This document shows, piece after piece, positions 50,716 through 64,000 of a DNA stretch of 64,000 nt. The DNA lies in contig NW_027117339.1 in assembly GCF_038025025.1 (NCBI RefSeq), positions 1,798,001 through 1,862,000 of the forward strand, written 5' to 3'. Below the pieces are notes generated by a model that searched no databases, had not been told where the DNA came from, and saw only the letters and a program-made list of their open reading frames with translations. The translations under genes were made by a program, and so were the position numbers. Numbering within the stretch: the first letter of the stretch is position 1; each line of letters starts with the position of its first letter. This stretch comes from Phyllosticta citribraziliensis (taxonomy: Eukaryota).

Positions 50716-53700
50716 TCACAAGAATGCGCCCACGCTGCCATCTCTTTCGTCCCTCGCCTTCTGCTGCTCATGAACTCCCGCCGTTGCCGCCACCGGCGAA
50801 GCAGCACCAACGCCGGCGCCGTTCCAACTGCTGCGCTCCCTGCCATCCGCATGCTCCAACTTGCCGACTAAGCCTCCACCCCTACTCCACCCCTGGCTCG
50901 CGCCTACACCACCGCTGCCCCCTGTTCTTGTACCCGTTCCCGCCCCCTTGCCCACATTCCCAATCTCGGCCAACGCTCTCCTCTCCATGGCCCCGAGGCC
51001 CGTCGCCCCTCCCCCACTGCCCCCTCCATCTTTCTTATGGCTGCTCAGCGCACTCGCAACACTGCTGCCGCTGCTATGCCGCCCGCGATTCACGATGCTG
51101 CCGCCCATGCCCGCGCGCAGCTGCTCGCGCACCGCGACGCTGAGCCGGGCTCGACTGGCACTGGCTCGCCTCGCCTGCACGGCGTGCGCCGAGCGGCGGA
51201 TGGCCGCCGCCGCGTGCAGGTCGGCCAGCGAGGGCGTGGGCGAGCTGTCGTGCCGCGGGGCGGACGACGACCCGCCGGAGAGCGCGGCGAGCGTGAGGGC
51301 CGTCGGCGTGGCCGTGGCTGTGAGTCTGGTGGGAGATGTCATCGTTGTCGTTGCGGCAGTGGGGTCTTGGGCCCCGGCCGTCGTGTGCGGGACCCGCACT
51401 GGCAATGTCGAGTGCTTCGGCCTACTACTGCTGTTGTTCTTGTCCTTGCGTGGGCTTCTTCGCAGGTTGACGCCCAGGATGGCGAGGTCGTCGTGCGACA
51501 GGGCCGACGTGGAGCTGGCAGTCGAAAGGGGACGATGTGCCGCTGCGTTGCCACTGCGCCGCGACGAAAGTGGCCGCCTAATGGGCGATGATGAGCTCGT
51601 GGGCCGTTTGGAGGGCGATGTCGTTGACATTCGCTTGAACGGCGACGAGAGTATCGATTTCAGGGGGCTGGAGGGGCGGCTGGTGCGGCCAGCGCGGGTC
51701 GGCGAGGGGGTTCTGGGGCGATATGTCGGGATGGGAAAGGGTGAGTTTTCTTTGCCCGTTGGAGGTGGGATACTGGGAGCCGTCTCGAGCGTCGGAGAGA
51801 CATTGCTGGTGCTGCGATGATGACGGAGCGGGGGGTGGCTCCTGAGTGGACTGAGGCTCAGGGATGGACTCGACCGTTTCCTGCCTTCAAGAGAGCGGGT
51901 GGAGAAGGGGGAGGCGACGACGGGATTGAAAGTGACAGGCCGCTGTTGAATATGAGAATCGACACTTTCACGATTGGCGTCCCGTTTGGCGTGTCCTACT
52001 TCTGACTTTGGAGAATTAACGTGAACGGTCTTGTCTGCAACGTCCAACCCGCCCAGCACAGTTGCAGACTGCGGGTTGTTGCTCGCGGCGCTGCCAACGC
52101 TTTCCTCGGTATCCGTGTACAAGCTCTCGCTGAGTCCAGATAAAACCATGCTACTTCGCGGGCTTTCGCTTGGTGCTCTTCCGGCCAAGGGTCCATGTTC
52201 TCCTGGAGGCAGGGCAGTGCTACGCCAGCGGCGTACCCCAGAAGACGAGGTTTCAGAGTACGCTCGCGCTGTGGCTCGTCTGCCCGTCCGCTTGCGGCGC
52301 AGACTACCCGGGAAATTCGACCCTTCTGAAGGCATGGCTCCAGTTGTGACCGGCCTCGACTGGGCGCCCGAGTCGGAAGAACCTTCCAAAGACATACTCT
52401 CCTTCCCCTCTCCATTCATGGTGCCGATTATGGACGGGCGCTTTTCACTGGAGCCGCAGGATGAACTGAAAAATGGCGAGTTCGCGGAAGCACGCTGCCG
52501 GATCCAAGATTGACGCTTCTCGTGCAGTGAACGGTCGTCGGCTGCAGCAGCGGCTGCGAGGAAGGAGAGGCCATCTGGAGGTGGAGACCCAGGGACTAGA
52601 CGGACGCTTTTCCGCTCGTCTGCATTCGAATAACGATTTGCGTCGCTAGTTGGCGAGGTAGGCGGAGGATTTGGGAAACTCGATGGTGCGGGAGACAGCA
52701 TTCCCGTCGACAATGTGCTATAAGAGCTACGACTGCCGCGAGATTGTTGACTGTATGTTGACAAGCGCTGCCCCGACAGCCGCCGAGATGGAGATCCCCA
52801 AGATGCTCGGCCGTGGCCGATCCCAGTCATGCGTTTGCGATGGGGCAGGCCGATGGGATACCGAGCATCATTGCTATCACGATGAACAGGGAATGAGCGC
52901 ACTGGCCGACGACCGCGAATTGGTGAATCGCCTGCCGGACGAGATTTGATGTGTCGCGAGCGGCGTACGTCGGGAAGACTCCATTCCCCGGAGCGAATGG
53001 CACTTTCAATCATGACTCTGTCTGTTTCGCCAATCGTACTAGTCTGGGAAGGCTTGTATTTGTGGTGACGGGACTTCTTTAGCGGCGAAGGCAGGGCGAT
53101 CTGTGGAGGTGGTTCTGGCGTGCGGGCTCTGTGGGTTGACTCGCCCTTTTCAACGTCCCGGTCCCCGGGATTGGTGAACGCGTCTTCGTCGTTCTCCCAC
53201 GCGTGCTCCTCGTATATCGGTCTCGAGATGTCTGGCTTGCTGATCTTTGGGGAACTCGACCGCGATCGTCCTCTGCTGCTCGCCCTTTTCCGGCGTCGGA
53301 AAAACAGAATCCCAAGAACGAGGGCGATAAGTGCGAAGAGGACACAGCAGACAGACACGGCTATGATAACGGAGCTGCTTTCAGGGTCCGAACTGGAACG
53401 AGTTGCGGAGGAGGAGTGGTCTGAGGCTGTAGTTGCTTCAGCATCTGCTGAGGTGGAACGGGGGGAGTTGTTCGTACGTGTAGCGGTTGCATTCGCGCTC
53501 TCTATCACAATGCTAAAGCCTTGTGAATCGCTGACCGACCCTTCTGCTTTCGTGATGTTGACGCTGGCGTGTATTGTCTGCGGCTTCGTACCTGCCGGTA
53601 TCTCGCCAATGATGGCGCGTTCGGTCTGGTCAAACTGTAGCCACTGAGCAGCTGCACCGAGGTCGACTTGAATGTCTAGATCCGATCCTCCGACGATGAC

Positions 53701-54732
53701 AGTGCTCATGTCGAATTTGACCGGCTCGCCTACCACAGCGTTGAGAACCCCTATGTCGCCTCTGAGGAGCATGGAGGCCGAAATCAATTGTAGGGTCGTG
53801 TTTGCGACATCCCCGTACGTGTCGACCGCAAGGACCGTGATTTCTGTGTAGCTGATGTTCTGCGGGGCTGCCCCGTTGATTTCCATAGACCTTGGGTCAA
53901 AGAAGAGCCATTCGGGGACTTGAGCCGTTGTTCTCCGCAAGTTTGAATCGTTGACAGGGTTGCCATCCAGACTCAAGCTACCCCGGAGATTGGTGATCCT
54001 GACTGAATCTCCCGGGCTGAGGCTGATCGTTTGCTCCACCACTGCGAAGACAAATTCGTGGTTGCTCACAAAGATAGAGAAGCCGACTTCTGCGCCTGCA
54101 AATCCAGGGTAGTCCGAGGCAATGAGAAGTATTTCCAAGGTCTGCGGCAATGTGTCGGCTGCAGGGCTTGTCCCGGAAAAGGCCAAAGATCCAGAATCGA
54201 ACTTGACCCACGACGGGAGCGGAGATCGATTGCTCAAGATAGTTGTGTACTGAGTCAAATCGGATGTCGCGGACGAGAATAAACCATCGTCAAAATGGAT
54301 TGTAAAATTTGTCGATGGATACAGGACCACAGCGTCTGGGCCAGAGAGCTTGCCCGCATTGAGCAGGGAGGTCGTGATGTTCCCTTTGACTTCTGGAGCG
54401 GGATGGTCCGACACCATCAACGTCGACTCCATTGCAGTGGATCCAGTCGAGTCCTGCGCCGTGATTGCAAAGTGTGTAGTTCCAACATCGGTTGCCGTGG
54501 GAGTACCGTATAGTCTTCGATTTGGCGAATCCAACGCGAGCCATGGCGGGTTACCGGAGATGCTGTAATTGACAGTCCCAGAAACTTGCGCAAAAGTCCC
54601 CGGGGAGAAGCGAAACTCAAACGGCTGCGATACTCGTGCAACAGGTGGAACTTGCGAATTGAGAGGAAACGATATGGTTGGTATTCCTTCAACGGCGAGC
54701 GCTAAGGACAGAATGAACGCGAACGGCAACAT
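50716..54732 (-). CDS. AXL2: Axial budding/polarity protein Axl2 (cadherin-like Ig repeats, single TM, long disordered cytoplasmic tail)
   Basis: Signal peptide MLPFAFILSLALAVEG, PTISFPLNSQVPPVARV, WLALDS...LYGTP, SPLPSWVKFD, TM followed by RRRKR, KISKPDISRP. Confidence 0.92.
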   Translation of the reverse strand: MLPFAFILSLALAVEGIPTISFPLNSQVPPVARVSQPFEFRFSPGTFAQVSGTVNYSISGNPPWLALDSPNRRLYGTPTATDVGTTHFAITAQDSTGSTAMESTLMVSDHPAPEVKGNITTSLLNAGKLSGPDAVVLYPSTNFTIHFDDGLFSSATSDLTQYTTILSNRSPLPSWVKFDSGSLAFSGTSPAADTLPQTLEILLIASDYPGFAGAEVGFSIFVSNHEFVFAVVEQTISLSPGDSVRITNLRGSLSLDGNPVNDSNLRRTTAQVPEWLFFDPRSMEINGAAPQNISYTEITVLAVDTYGDVANTTLQLISASMLLRGDIGVLNAVVGEPVKFDMSTVIVGGSDLDIQVDLGAAAQWLQFDQTERAIIGEIPAGTKPQTIHASVNITKAEGSVSDSQGFSIVIESANATATRTNNSPRSTSADAEATTASDHSSSATRSSSDPESSSVIIAVSVCCVLFALIALVLGILFFRRRKRASSRGRSRSSSPKISKPDISRPIYEEHAWENDEDAFTNPGDRDVEKGESTHRARTPEPPPQIALPSPLKKSRHHKYKPSQTSTIGETDRVMIESAIRSGEWSLPDVRRSRHIKSRPAGDSPIRGRRPVRSFPVHRDSNDARYPIGLPHRKRMTGIGHGRASWGSPSRRLSGQRLSTYSQQSRGSRSSYSTLSTGMLSPAPSSFPNPPPTSPTSDANRYSNADERKSVRLVPGSPPPDGLSFLAAAAAADDRSLHEKRQSWIRQRASANSPFFSSSCGSSEKRPSIIGTMNGEGKESMSLEGSSDSGAQSRPVTTGAMPSEGSNFPGSLRRKRTGRRATARAYSETSSSGVRRWRSTALPPGEHGPLAGRAPSESPRSSMVLSGLSESLYTDTEESVGSAASNNPQSATVLGGLDVADKTVHVNSPKSEVGHAKRDANRESVDSHIQQRPVTFNPVVASPFSTRSLEGRKRSSPSLSLSPLRSHPPLRHHRSTSNVSPTLETAPSIPPPTGKENSPFPIPTYRPRTPSPTRAGRTSRPSSPLKSILSSPFKRMSTTSPSKRPTSSSSPIRRPLSSRRSGNAAAHRPLSTASSTSALSHDDLAILGVNLRRSPRKDKNNSSSRPKHSTLPVRVPHTTAGAQDPTAATTTMTSPTRLTATATPTALTLAALSGGSSSAPRHDSSPTPSLADLHAAAAIRRSAHAVQARRASASRARLSVAVREQLRAGMGGSIVNRGRHSSGSSVASALSSHKKDGGGSGGGATGLGAMERRALAEIGNVGKGAGTGTRTGGSGGVGASQGWSRGGGLVGKLEHADGRERSSWNGAGVGAASPVAATAGVHEQQKARDERDGSVGAFL

Positions 54733-55939
54733 CGTTGTCTGATCGTCGTCCTTCTGTCCAGTCGAATGGAGAGGACCCTTGAGGAGGAAATAGAAAAGAC
54801 GAGAAAAATGTCGCAATGACAAGAGACATTCGACGGCGCCTTCCTAGACCTGCCACCATCTGACGCAAAAATCGCAGAGTCGACCATTAGTGGCGGGACG
54901 ATGTCTAACATGACTTTCTACCAGGGACCAATCTACGCGTCACTGCGCGTCTGGCGCGTTTTGGCGCCTGACCCTTACCTAGCATTTTCAACATCAAGTG
55001 GTGGTGATGTGGAGGAATGCGGGACAGGAGTGGTAAGAATTCGAGGGAATGTGGGCGGCAAGGGATGACTTTGTGGTGCAGGCCTTTGGGCTTACCTGTC
55101 CAGCCACAATTGTTAGAGGGGCGAAGTCGATCGATATGATCCAGAATTCTTGAGCTGAGGCGTAGAGCAGTGTTGATCCCGTTTTATCCGGCGCGTTGTG
55201 ATCGATGCAACGGTCAATTCTGGATCTGGTGGAGGTGCGGACCGTTGCCTTCAAACCACCCACCCACCCTGCTGCGCCGCCCTCTTTTCAACATCGCCAT
55301 AGTTTTCTCTCTGCGAAGAACTCGCTGATGGTCCCTTGTGTAGCTGGTCATTGCAGCGACACGAAGCTTGCGACGCCAGGCGGCGCCCTCGACCGGATAG
55401 CAATATAGCTCGTAACTTGCGGAATGCCTCCTGCTTTTTGACCATTCGTGTGCCCCTCTTGCGATTTCCTTGTCAGGATCCGATGCTTCCTTGTAAGAAA
55501 ACCGCCTCCTACGCTCGCCATTGGTGTCAAATTCTATGGTGGTGGCTGGTAATGAAGTCAAGTTCTTTACCAGCACCTCGGCGTCTTGCACCATTTCCTA
55601 GCTCTTCCATTATTCCGAGACATCCAGGAACGCTAATCTTCTTGGTAGCGATCGCAGGACGGGATTGTGGGCCGAACGAGTTGAATACAAAGCAATCGAC
55701 TCGTGCATTCAATCCACACAACCTTGGCACATGGCAGCTTTGTGCTCCGCCGCTTCGGACCAGTGGCCTGCCTTTCCCATCCTGCCTGGCTATGAGGCCG
55801 TCGGATATTTTGAATTCACAATTTTCAAGACTAGAGTCCTGTCACTGACCTACCCCTCCAGGGGCTTCGAGCAAGGGATTGTCATTATTCGATCGACGTA
55901 TCTAATGCAAAAAATCTTTTCTCTCTTGCCGCTATATCT

Positions 55940-57589
<1,650 letters not shown>

Positions 57590-57792
57590 TCAATGACGAC
57601 AGAGCCTAGACCTTTGACGTTGCGGGTGCGCGGGAGTAAGCACCACAAGTCGACTAGCTGACCGTGTGTTCAATGCTCCAAAGGGCGGCGCGGGACAGGA
57701 CGGGCGCTGGATATATCGTCGAGAACAAGTTCGGCTGACCAATGGCCATGGCACAGGGAATCTTGCGAGCTCGCGATGGCGATTCCACCTCA

Positions 57793-57799
57793 TGACTAA
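57793..57799. promoter_or_regulatory. Putative Yap1/AP-1 response element (TGACTAA) upstream of glutathione reductase
   Basis: TGACTAA ~400 nt upstream of GLR1, which is a known Yap1-family target in fungi. Confidence 0.4.
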
Positions 57800-58097
57800 G
57801 CGGCTAGCCATTGTCCGAGGTCGCCGAGCTAGCCATTGAAGCGTGGAGAACACACTTTGAATCGTGCAGCCTCCAACGGTGGTTTTTTGTCCCTCTAGCA
57901 GTTGTTCGAGTGCGGCTTCGTCTAATGAGGCGGTACCTGCAGTTCGGCTGAACATTCGCCTCCGCCGCCTAGTGACGTCGAGCATCTTCTTGTCACGCCA
58001 TGTTCCTGGCGCGAAGTTGTAGCTTCATCCTGCGGGGAAACGCGACCACCACTGCAAAAGTTCCTCCCAAACATCTCCGACCCCAGAAGCAGCAACC

Positions 58098-58573
58098 ATG
58101 GGAGGCCGTCAATCCGTGCCTCGCGGACCAGACAACATGAATGAAACATCTCGTCCGACCCGGCCGCCCCGGTCGTTCGTCTACAATGCTAGGGTACGTG
58201 CAACCCGGGTCGACCTTGAAGCGAGATTCTGAGAGACGCGACTGACTTGCCCGTGCAGACATTTACCGCTCCGCTTGCAGCCTTCACCATGGCCGGTCTC
58301 CTTTTCATCTATGCGAGAACATCAATCCGGGCCGCAAAGTTGAACGCCCAGAAGCATCGCGAAGCCGATGGTGGGCAGATAAATTGGAAGAATGAAAGCG
58401 CTCGACGACATGGCCAAGCCGAGCAGCTAAGCACGAATTCGTCGTTGCTGAAAGAGGCGTTGATAGGCGACAGACTGTCAAAGACTCCCAAGGATGGCGT
58501 GGAGAAGCAATCATCAGGCACAAAGTCCGACGACGATGCGGCTCTTGAGAAAGTAAAGGCTGGTAGAGCATGA
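58098..58573 (+). CDS. Small uncharacterised single-TM protein (~136 aa, 2 exons) with N-terminal MGGRQS
   Basis: ATG 58098 in ACCATGG context. Intron 58194-58258 (GTACGT...CTGAC...CAG) joins in frame to TFTAPLAAFTMAGLLFIYARTSIRAAK...READGGQINW. Confidence 0.8.
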
Positions 58574-59032
58574 GGGGATGGAATAATGGATACCCAGGGT
58601 GGAATGGACGAAGCATCTAAAGTTCCGAATTTCATCATTGAAATACCAAGGATCTGGGCCTGCTGAATTTCTCAATTGATGAATCAAGCCCGCTTGTCTT
58701 TCCAACGATCCAAATCACCATGGATGTGGATAAACATGCAAGATAATAGGTTGACAGGTGGGGCGCAAGATACTGAATTAGCCAAGAGGCAGTCTTCATA
58801 GCCACAAATCCCACCCATGAAGTCACATCAGGCTCCAATCGCTAGCCCGGTCTTCTCGAACGCTCCCGATAACTTGATGACTGCGGGGTAGCACAAGACA
58901 ACAGAAAGACCAAACTCTACTTCGGGCAATGTAGGAAGCAAGCGCACCTCTCGGGTTGCAAATATCAGATTCCTGTTAAGACGTGGTATCATTCATGCTC
59001 CGCATTATTTCCCTCTAGCCTCGCCATGAGTT

Positions 59033-59823
59033 TTAAGCAATTCCACCTCCATTTTTCCGAAAGGAAACCTTCTCCACACCCACGTTCTCGTTCCCGTTTG
59101 CGTCCTTTCGCAGTTGGTAGACGTAAAGTACTAGTACGTCGCCTTGAATCTGAGGAAAGTGTCAGCAGGCGCACTGGAGTGGTTGGTCAAGCCACGTACA
59201 TCCATGAGTACGAAACTTGGCGTAGGTTCGTCTTCCTCTGGCCACCAGCCCGTTGTCATTGCGCCCGTAGCGCTCCCCGGGTTGACAAAGAACTTGCCCT
59301 CCATCTCGTAGGCCTCGAATCTGTGTGTTCCGCCCCACAGAAGAACGTCGACATCCATCTGGCGCGCCGCGATCAACAGGCTGTCTGCATCGCCAGGAGG
59401 GATGATGGTGTGTCCATGTGTGAAGCCTATTCTCAACGAGCCATGGGTAACGACTTTGGAGAGGGCAAGGTTAGGCGCTTCGACATCGAAGTCGCCCTTG
59501 ACGATCTGTAGGTCGGGAGCTATGCTGCGCAGGAAGTCATAGGTATCCTTGTCGGTGAGGTTGCCTAGACATAGTATCTGGCCGATCTTGCCCGGGGCAA
59601 GGAGTTTCTTGAACTGTTCGGAGTCAGAGGGGCTGCGCGTGGCGCGAGGAGACGCGTTGAGGGACCGGATAGGAGGAGCTGGTCTACCTTTGTGGGAATG
59701 TCCTATGACGTGGTTTAGTCGCCGAGCTGTGTCTGGATTGGGGGCAGGGTGGGATCAAGGGCTTACCGAAGCTCTGTCTGGGATGAAGAGGTCACCAAGA
59801 CATAGCACCAGTCTTGAAGTCAT
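59033..59823 (-). CDS. VPS29: Retromer subunit Vps29 (4 exons including a 15-nt micro-exon)
   Basis: MTSRLVLCLGDLFIPDRA|DIPTK|FKKLLAPGKIGQILCLGNL, RIGFTHGH, FFVNPGSATGA, PSFVLMD|IQG...YVYQL. Confidence 0.96.
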
Positions 59824-60387
59824 GGTGTTCGGTCATCCACGACAGTTGGCCGCGTTAGGCCCGCAAATGGTAGTGTCGGTGCGGAGTTGAGTGATGTTGG
59901 AAGCACGCGCCTCCGGAGAGCGGAAGAGGAGGCGGGATTCCTCTAGCGGGACGCCAAGCAGCGGAGCGGGCGGGACGACGGGAATCGCGAGTCGATGGAT
60001 GTTGGTCCTTTCCGGGAGCTTGCGGACGACAATGGAGCAGTCCGGGCGGTTGCACTCGGCCACTATTGACTCTTTGAAGGGCCAGAAGAGCAATATGACT
60101 GCGTCAATGTCGCCATGTATGCGCCGGCACACGGTCCCTTGGATTGGACATCGGACTTAAGCCACCTGCCGGGGTGTTGAATTGTTCAATTACCTTCAGG
60201 TCATTGTCATCTCATTCGAGTCCCGAATTCAACCACCGCTGTCAAAACACACGATCAATTGCGCCGACGGCCAAGAATCGCAAAACATCCCACTTTGGAG
60301 AGCTCATCATCTCTGCTGACTATCCCAATCCGGAAGTTCGGTCCCGCCCCGCGTTCCTTAACCCCTCCCACCACTCCGCCGCCAATC

Positions 60388-61788
60388 ATGGCCTCCAGCG
60401 CCAGCTCCCGCCTTAGTCTCGTGTCGAGACACTTGAACGGCAAGTCCATCGCTCCTCCAAACACCTCCTTCACCTACGAACTCGACATTGACTCCATCGC
60501 CAGACTCCTCTCCAGACTCGCCTGCCATGTCTTCCCAGGAGCCGCACGCTGCCCTGCTCATTCCCGGGCCAATAGAGTTTGAAGATGCCGTCCTCCAGGC
60601 CATGAGTCACTACAGGTACGTACAAGCTGATCCGCGTCTCACTCGGCCCAATATGCTGACGGTTGTGCTCCAGTGAGTCGCATGTCGGCGCACCATTTGT
60701 CTCTGTCTTTGGAGAGGCCCTCTCCATGCTCAGGAAGCTCTTCCAAACCTCCAACCCCGCATCGCAACCGTTTGTCATCTCTGGGTCAGGGACGCTTGGA
60801 TGGGATCAGGTGGCAGCCAACTTGGCTGAGCCGGGCGACGAGGTGTTGGTCCTACACACTGGATACTTTGCCGACTCATTTGCCGATTGCTTCGACACAT
60901 ATGGCGTCAAGGCCACTCAGCTGAAGGCGCCAATTGGTGACAGGCCGCAGCCCGACCAAATTGAGAAGGCGCTGAAGGAAAAGAAGTACAAGTTGATTAC
61001 AATCACACATGTCGACACGTCTACCGGGGTTCTCAGCGACATCAAGGCTGTGTCGGAACTGGTGCACCGCGTCAGCCCGGAGACCCTGGTCGTTGTGGAT
61101 GGCGTGTGCAGCGTTGGGTCCGAGGAAATCCGCTTCGACGACTGGGGAATCGACGTTGTTCTTACTGCCAGTCAGAAGGGAATTGGCTGCCCCGCTGGTC
61201 TGAGCATTCTCATGGCATCTGGTAGAGCCATTGAGACCTTTAAGGACAGAAAGACAAAGCCAACTTCCTACTTCGGCTCGTGGAAGAACTGGCTACCAAG
61301 TATGGCACTGCCCCCTTAGCGCATCCAACCAGTTGCTAACAGGCACAGTCATGCAAAACTACGAAGCCAAGAAGCCCTCTTACTTCGCCACTCCCTCTCC
61401 GCAGCTTGTTCGCGCTCTTCACACATCGCTGACCCACATCCTGGCTTCGCCTCTGGATCAACGCTTCGCACGCCAGAATGAAGTTTCCCAGAGGGTCAAG
61501 CAGACCGTCAAGTCTCTTGGATTGAAGCAGCTCGCTGAGAAGCCCGAGAACCAGGCAAATGGCATGACCGCCATCTATCTCCCCGAGGGAGTTGCTGCAA
61601 CCCAAGTGTTGCCCTCGCTGCTCAAGAAGGGTGTCATCTTCGCCGGTGGCCTGCACAAGGAGATTGCTACCAAGTACATCCGATTTGGCCACATGGGTGT
61701 CAGTGTCATGGATCCCAAGCGGGACGACATTGATCGCGCTCTGGCAGCTCTCAACGAGAGCTTGTCTGATGCTGGATACAAGGCTTAA
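60388..61788 (+). CDS. AGX1: Alanine-glyoxylate aminotransferase (class V PLP enzyme); long PTS2 isoform from 60388, short isoform from ATG 60527
   Basis: LLIPGPIE, SGSGTLGWD, ITHVDTSTGV, VVDGVCS, TASQKG (PLP Lys), YFATP, IRFGHMG. Introns 60440-60503 (GC-AG), ~60616-60673 and ~61300-61348. Confidence 0.95.
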
Positions 61789-62301
61789 TGGAGAAAAACG
61801 CGTCCAAATACGTACATACTGTCTCTTTCCTATACATATGATGGAACGACCAAAAAAGGCTGAAATTCGATTCAGAAAATGTTGAGAACAAGTTAAAGAA
61901 CATTCGATTTGCACAGAAATATCTTGCTCTCGCACTGTGAATGCCTACATGCAAAAGGGAAGCTTGACAGTCTCCTCCAATGCTGCAGGGGACAGCAGGC
62001 CCAGGACTCCCTGGAATGGCGATTGCAGAGAGCGAAATGGACCGGCCCGCATGCCAGGGATCTCGGACCGATCTCTTCGGATGGAGCATTGAGGAGCAAC
62101 GAAGCCCTCTGCAAAGATGCAATTAAATCACTTGTCACAATCCATACACAATGCAGAAAAAGCAAAGCATCAATGCAATCGTACAGGATACCTAACAATT
62201 CGGTCGGACAAGCTTTCCCGCTTCTCCCACAAGCATTCCAGGGAGCATCCGATGGTCCATCAAGGTGCAGCAGATCCTGGCAACGACACACCGCGTCTGC
62301 C

Positions 62302-63363
62302 TTATCCTCCCGTCAACTCGTCCATCCCACCGCGCACCTTATCCCTAACTTCATTCCTATACAACGGGCACACGTCAACCTCCCTCCTCCACAGCTCCCA
62401 CGGCCTACCCACCGAGCCCTTCGCAACCGACTCCGCGGCATCCCTCGCCTCCCTGTCACTCAGATACCGCACGCCATCCACAGCCGCACTCTTGACAGTC
62501 GCCCCACTCAGCTTCCCACTACCTTCGTCAACCTTGCCTCCCTCCACCACGCCGCCTCCCCAGGCCGCAGCAATTGTCAAGGCCCCCGTCAATGCCTGCG
62601 CCGCCTCCTTGGTGTACACGGCCTGGAATACGGCAGTCTCGATGCTGGCGGCCGCCGTGGTGAAGCCGTGGCCGCGCATCAGCACCGTCGAGTGTTCCGG
62701 GACGCGCGGTCCAGGCGGCGGGTCGCGGCCGGTGATTCTGGTCCTCAGCGACGTCGACAGTGTCGCCAGCGCTGTGTGAGACACGCGGAAGGCATTGGCG
62801 AGCGCCGCGCCCAGGCGCGGTGTGCGAACTAGCAGGTCTTGTGGCTCTGACGAGGATGAGGAGAAGTATGCGGCTATGTCCCAGACAGGGACCTGCGGGC
62901 CTGGAGAAAAGGAAGAGGATTAGCAGGTGAACCAATAATGGTGTAGTTGAGCGCCGGGCATACCGAGAAACCCAGCCATGTGCGTAGTCGGCCTGAGCGG
63001 CACATTGCTCACGCAATACGGCAAGACCTCTGGACAATGACTATGGACGACGGCATTGACATCCGGGTACTTTTTCAGAAGCTCGCTATGTATGCAGCGC
63101 TCGGCGTAGCCGGGCTTGACGTTTGGGTAGACGGGCGACGCGTCCTCGACGTTGTACTGAACCAGATCGGCCTCGCTGCTGATGAGCGCGGGCGCTATGT
63201 GGCGCGCCATGAAGAAGGTCGACGGGTTGTGAGGGTTGCGCACGCTGAGGTGCCCGTAGCCGTCGACGATCCCGTGGTGGTGCAGGATGTGGGATCCGGT
63301 GATGAAGATGTCGAGGAGTGCATCGTCTATGTCGCCTTTGGCTTGGCCTTCGTTGTCTGCCAT
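62302..63363 (-). CDS. Class II aldolase/adducin-domain protein (2 exons)
   Basis: HILHHHGIVDGYGHLSVRNP, ERCIHSEL, AVVHSH, HMAGFLG | VLMRGHGFT, RPWELW. Metal-binding His residues are present. Confidence 0.9.
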
Positions 63364-64000
63364 TTTTGCTTTTGCTTGACGCTGCGATTGACTTATGTTG
63401 TTTGAGGCCGAATGTTGTTGTAGTATGCTGGGGGGTCTGGCTGGGAATCCAGCTGCCATTGCGTCATGCTTGCGACCCCGCCATGGCTCTTGCTACCTAG
63501 CTCCAGTCGCGCATGCATAAATCCGGGTTTTCCTCAGGAAGGAAAGCTTGGTGCATATAGACAACGACCAAAAGGGAAGGAGGGTGGAGGAAATCTGAAT
63601 TTCTTTCGGGAGCTCAGAAAGGGAGGGAATCAAGCGTTCAGGAGGAATGCATGGAGAATTCAAGTGATAAGAAGCACACGACCAATTAAGCGAGATGCGT
63701 TTGCACCACTCCAAGTCCTACCGTCAAACACTCCAGTAGCAAAGAATACAGCAGTCTCAATGCTCCGCTCGAATCGATATCCGCACCAGTCCCTTGGCAC
63801 ACATTCGAAATTCGACACTGAGAAGCCAGTATAGCTATCGAAGCTTACCCTCTCCCTGACACGATGAAGTCAATCAACCATACATCCAAGCTCCAACGGA
63901 GTCGTCCACTCATACCGATTGAAGTCAATGGCAGCGTCTCAGTTACACCTGAAAGAACCAACATCATCGGTCCAACCCTTCAAATCATCTGTCCCAGGCC

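Noticed and set aside
54994..55850. ORFs of 64-170 aa between AXL2 and GLR1 (e.g. 55214-55594)
   Set aside because: No motif, no consistent exon structure and overlapping frames. This is probably promoter/UTR sequence, though a decayed gene cannot be excluded.
63364..63459. In-frame upstream ATG extending the class II aldolase by 32 aa
   Set aside because: The extension does not resemble a targeting peptide, and ATG 63363 has the stronger context (GCAAAAATGG).

Overview
Gene-dense, GC-rich chromosomal segment of a filamentous ascomycete (Pezizomycotina; Dothideomycete-like by inference). It has short GT-AG introns with CTRAC branch sites. About 28 protein-coding genes were modelled by hand, mostly housekeeping: KamA-like lysine 2,3-aminomutase, cytidine deaminase, an atypical SDR, eIF3d, AP-3 delta, sphingolipid C9-methyltransferase, ERD1, RAMP4, INA17-like, RPT4, enolase, a GPI wall protein, casein kinase I, Nup133, Dre2, STF2-like, Axl2, glutathione reductase, Vps29, alanine-glyoxylate aminotransferase and a class II aldolase. 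No transposon, CRISPR or rRNA was seen. The most notable items are: (1) two diverged copies of a Pol III-type tRNA-like RNA with a conserved cloverleaf but a 9-bp extended anticodon arm (32.4 and 33.0 kb); (2) cryptic organelle targeting, namely a CUG-initiated mitochondrial presequence on glutathione reductase and a PTS2 exon joined to the aminotransferase by a GC-AG intron; (3) a divergent pair of orphan genes around a pyrimidine minisatellite; (4) an apparently non-canonical splice donor in the aminomutase; (5) a promoter nested in the 5'UTR intron of enolase. Exon boundaries were read manually, gene names come from recalled motifs rather than database searches, and coordinates may be off by a few nt.
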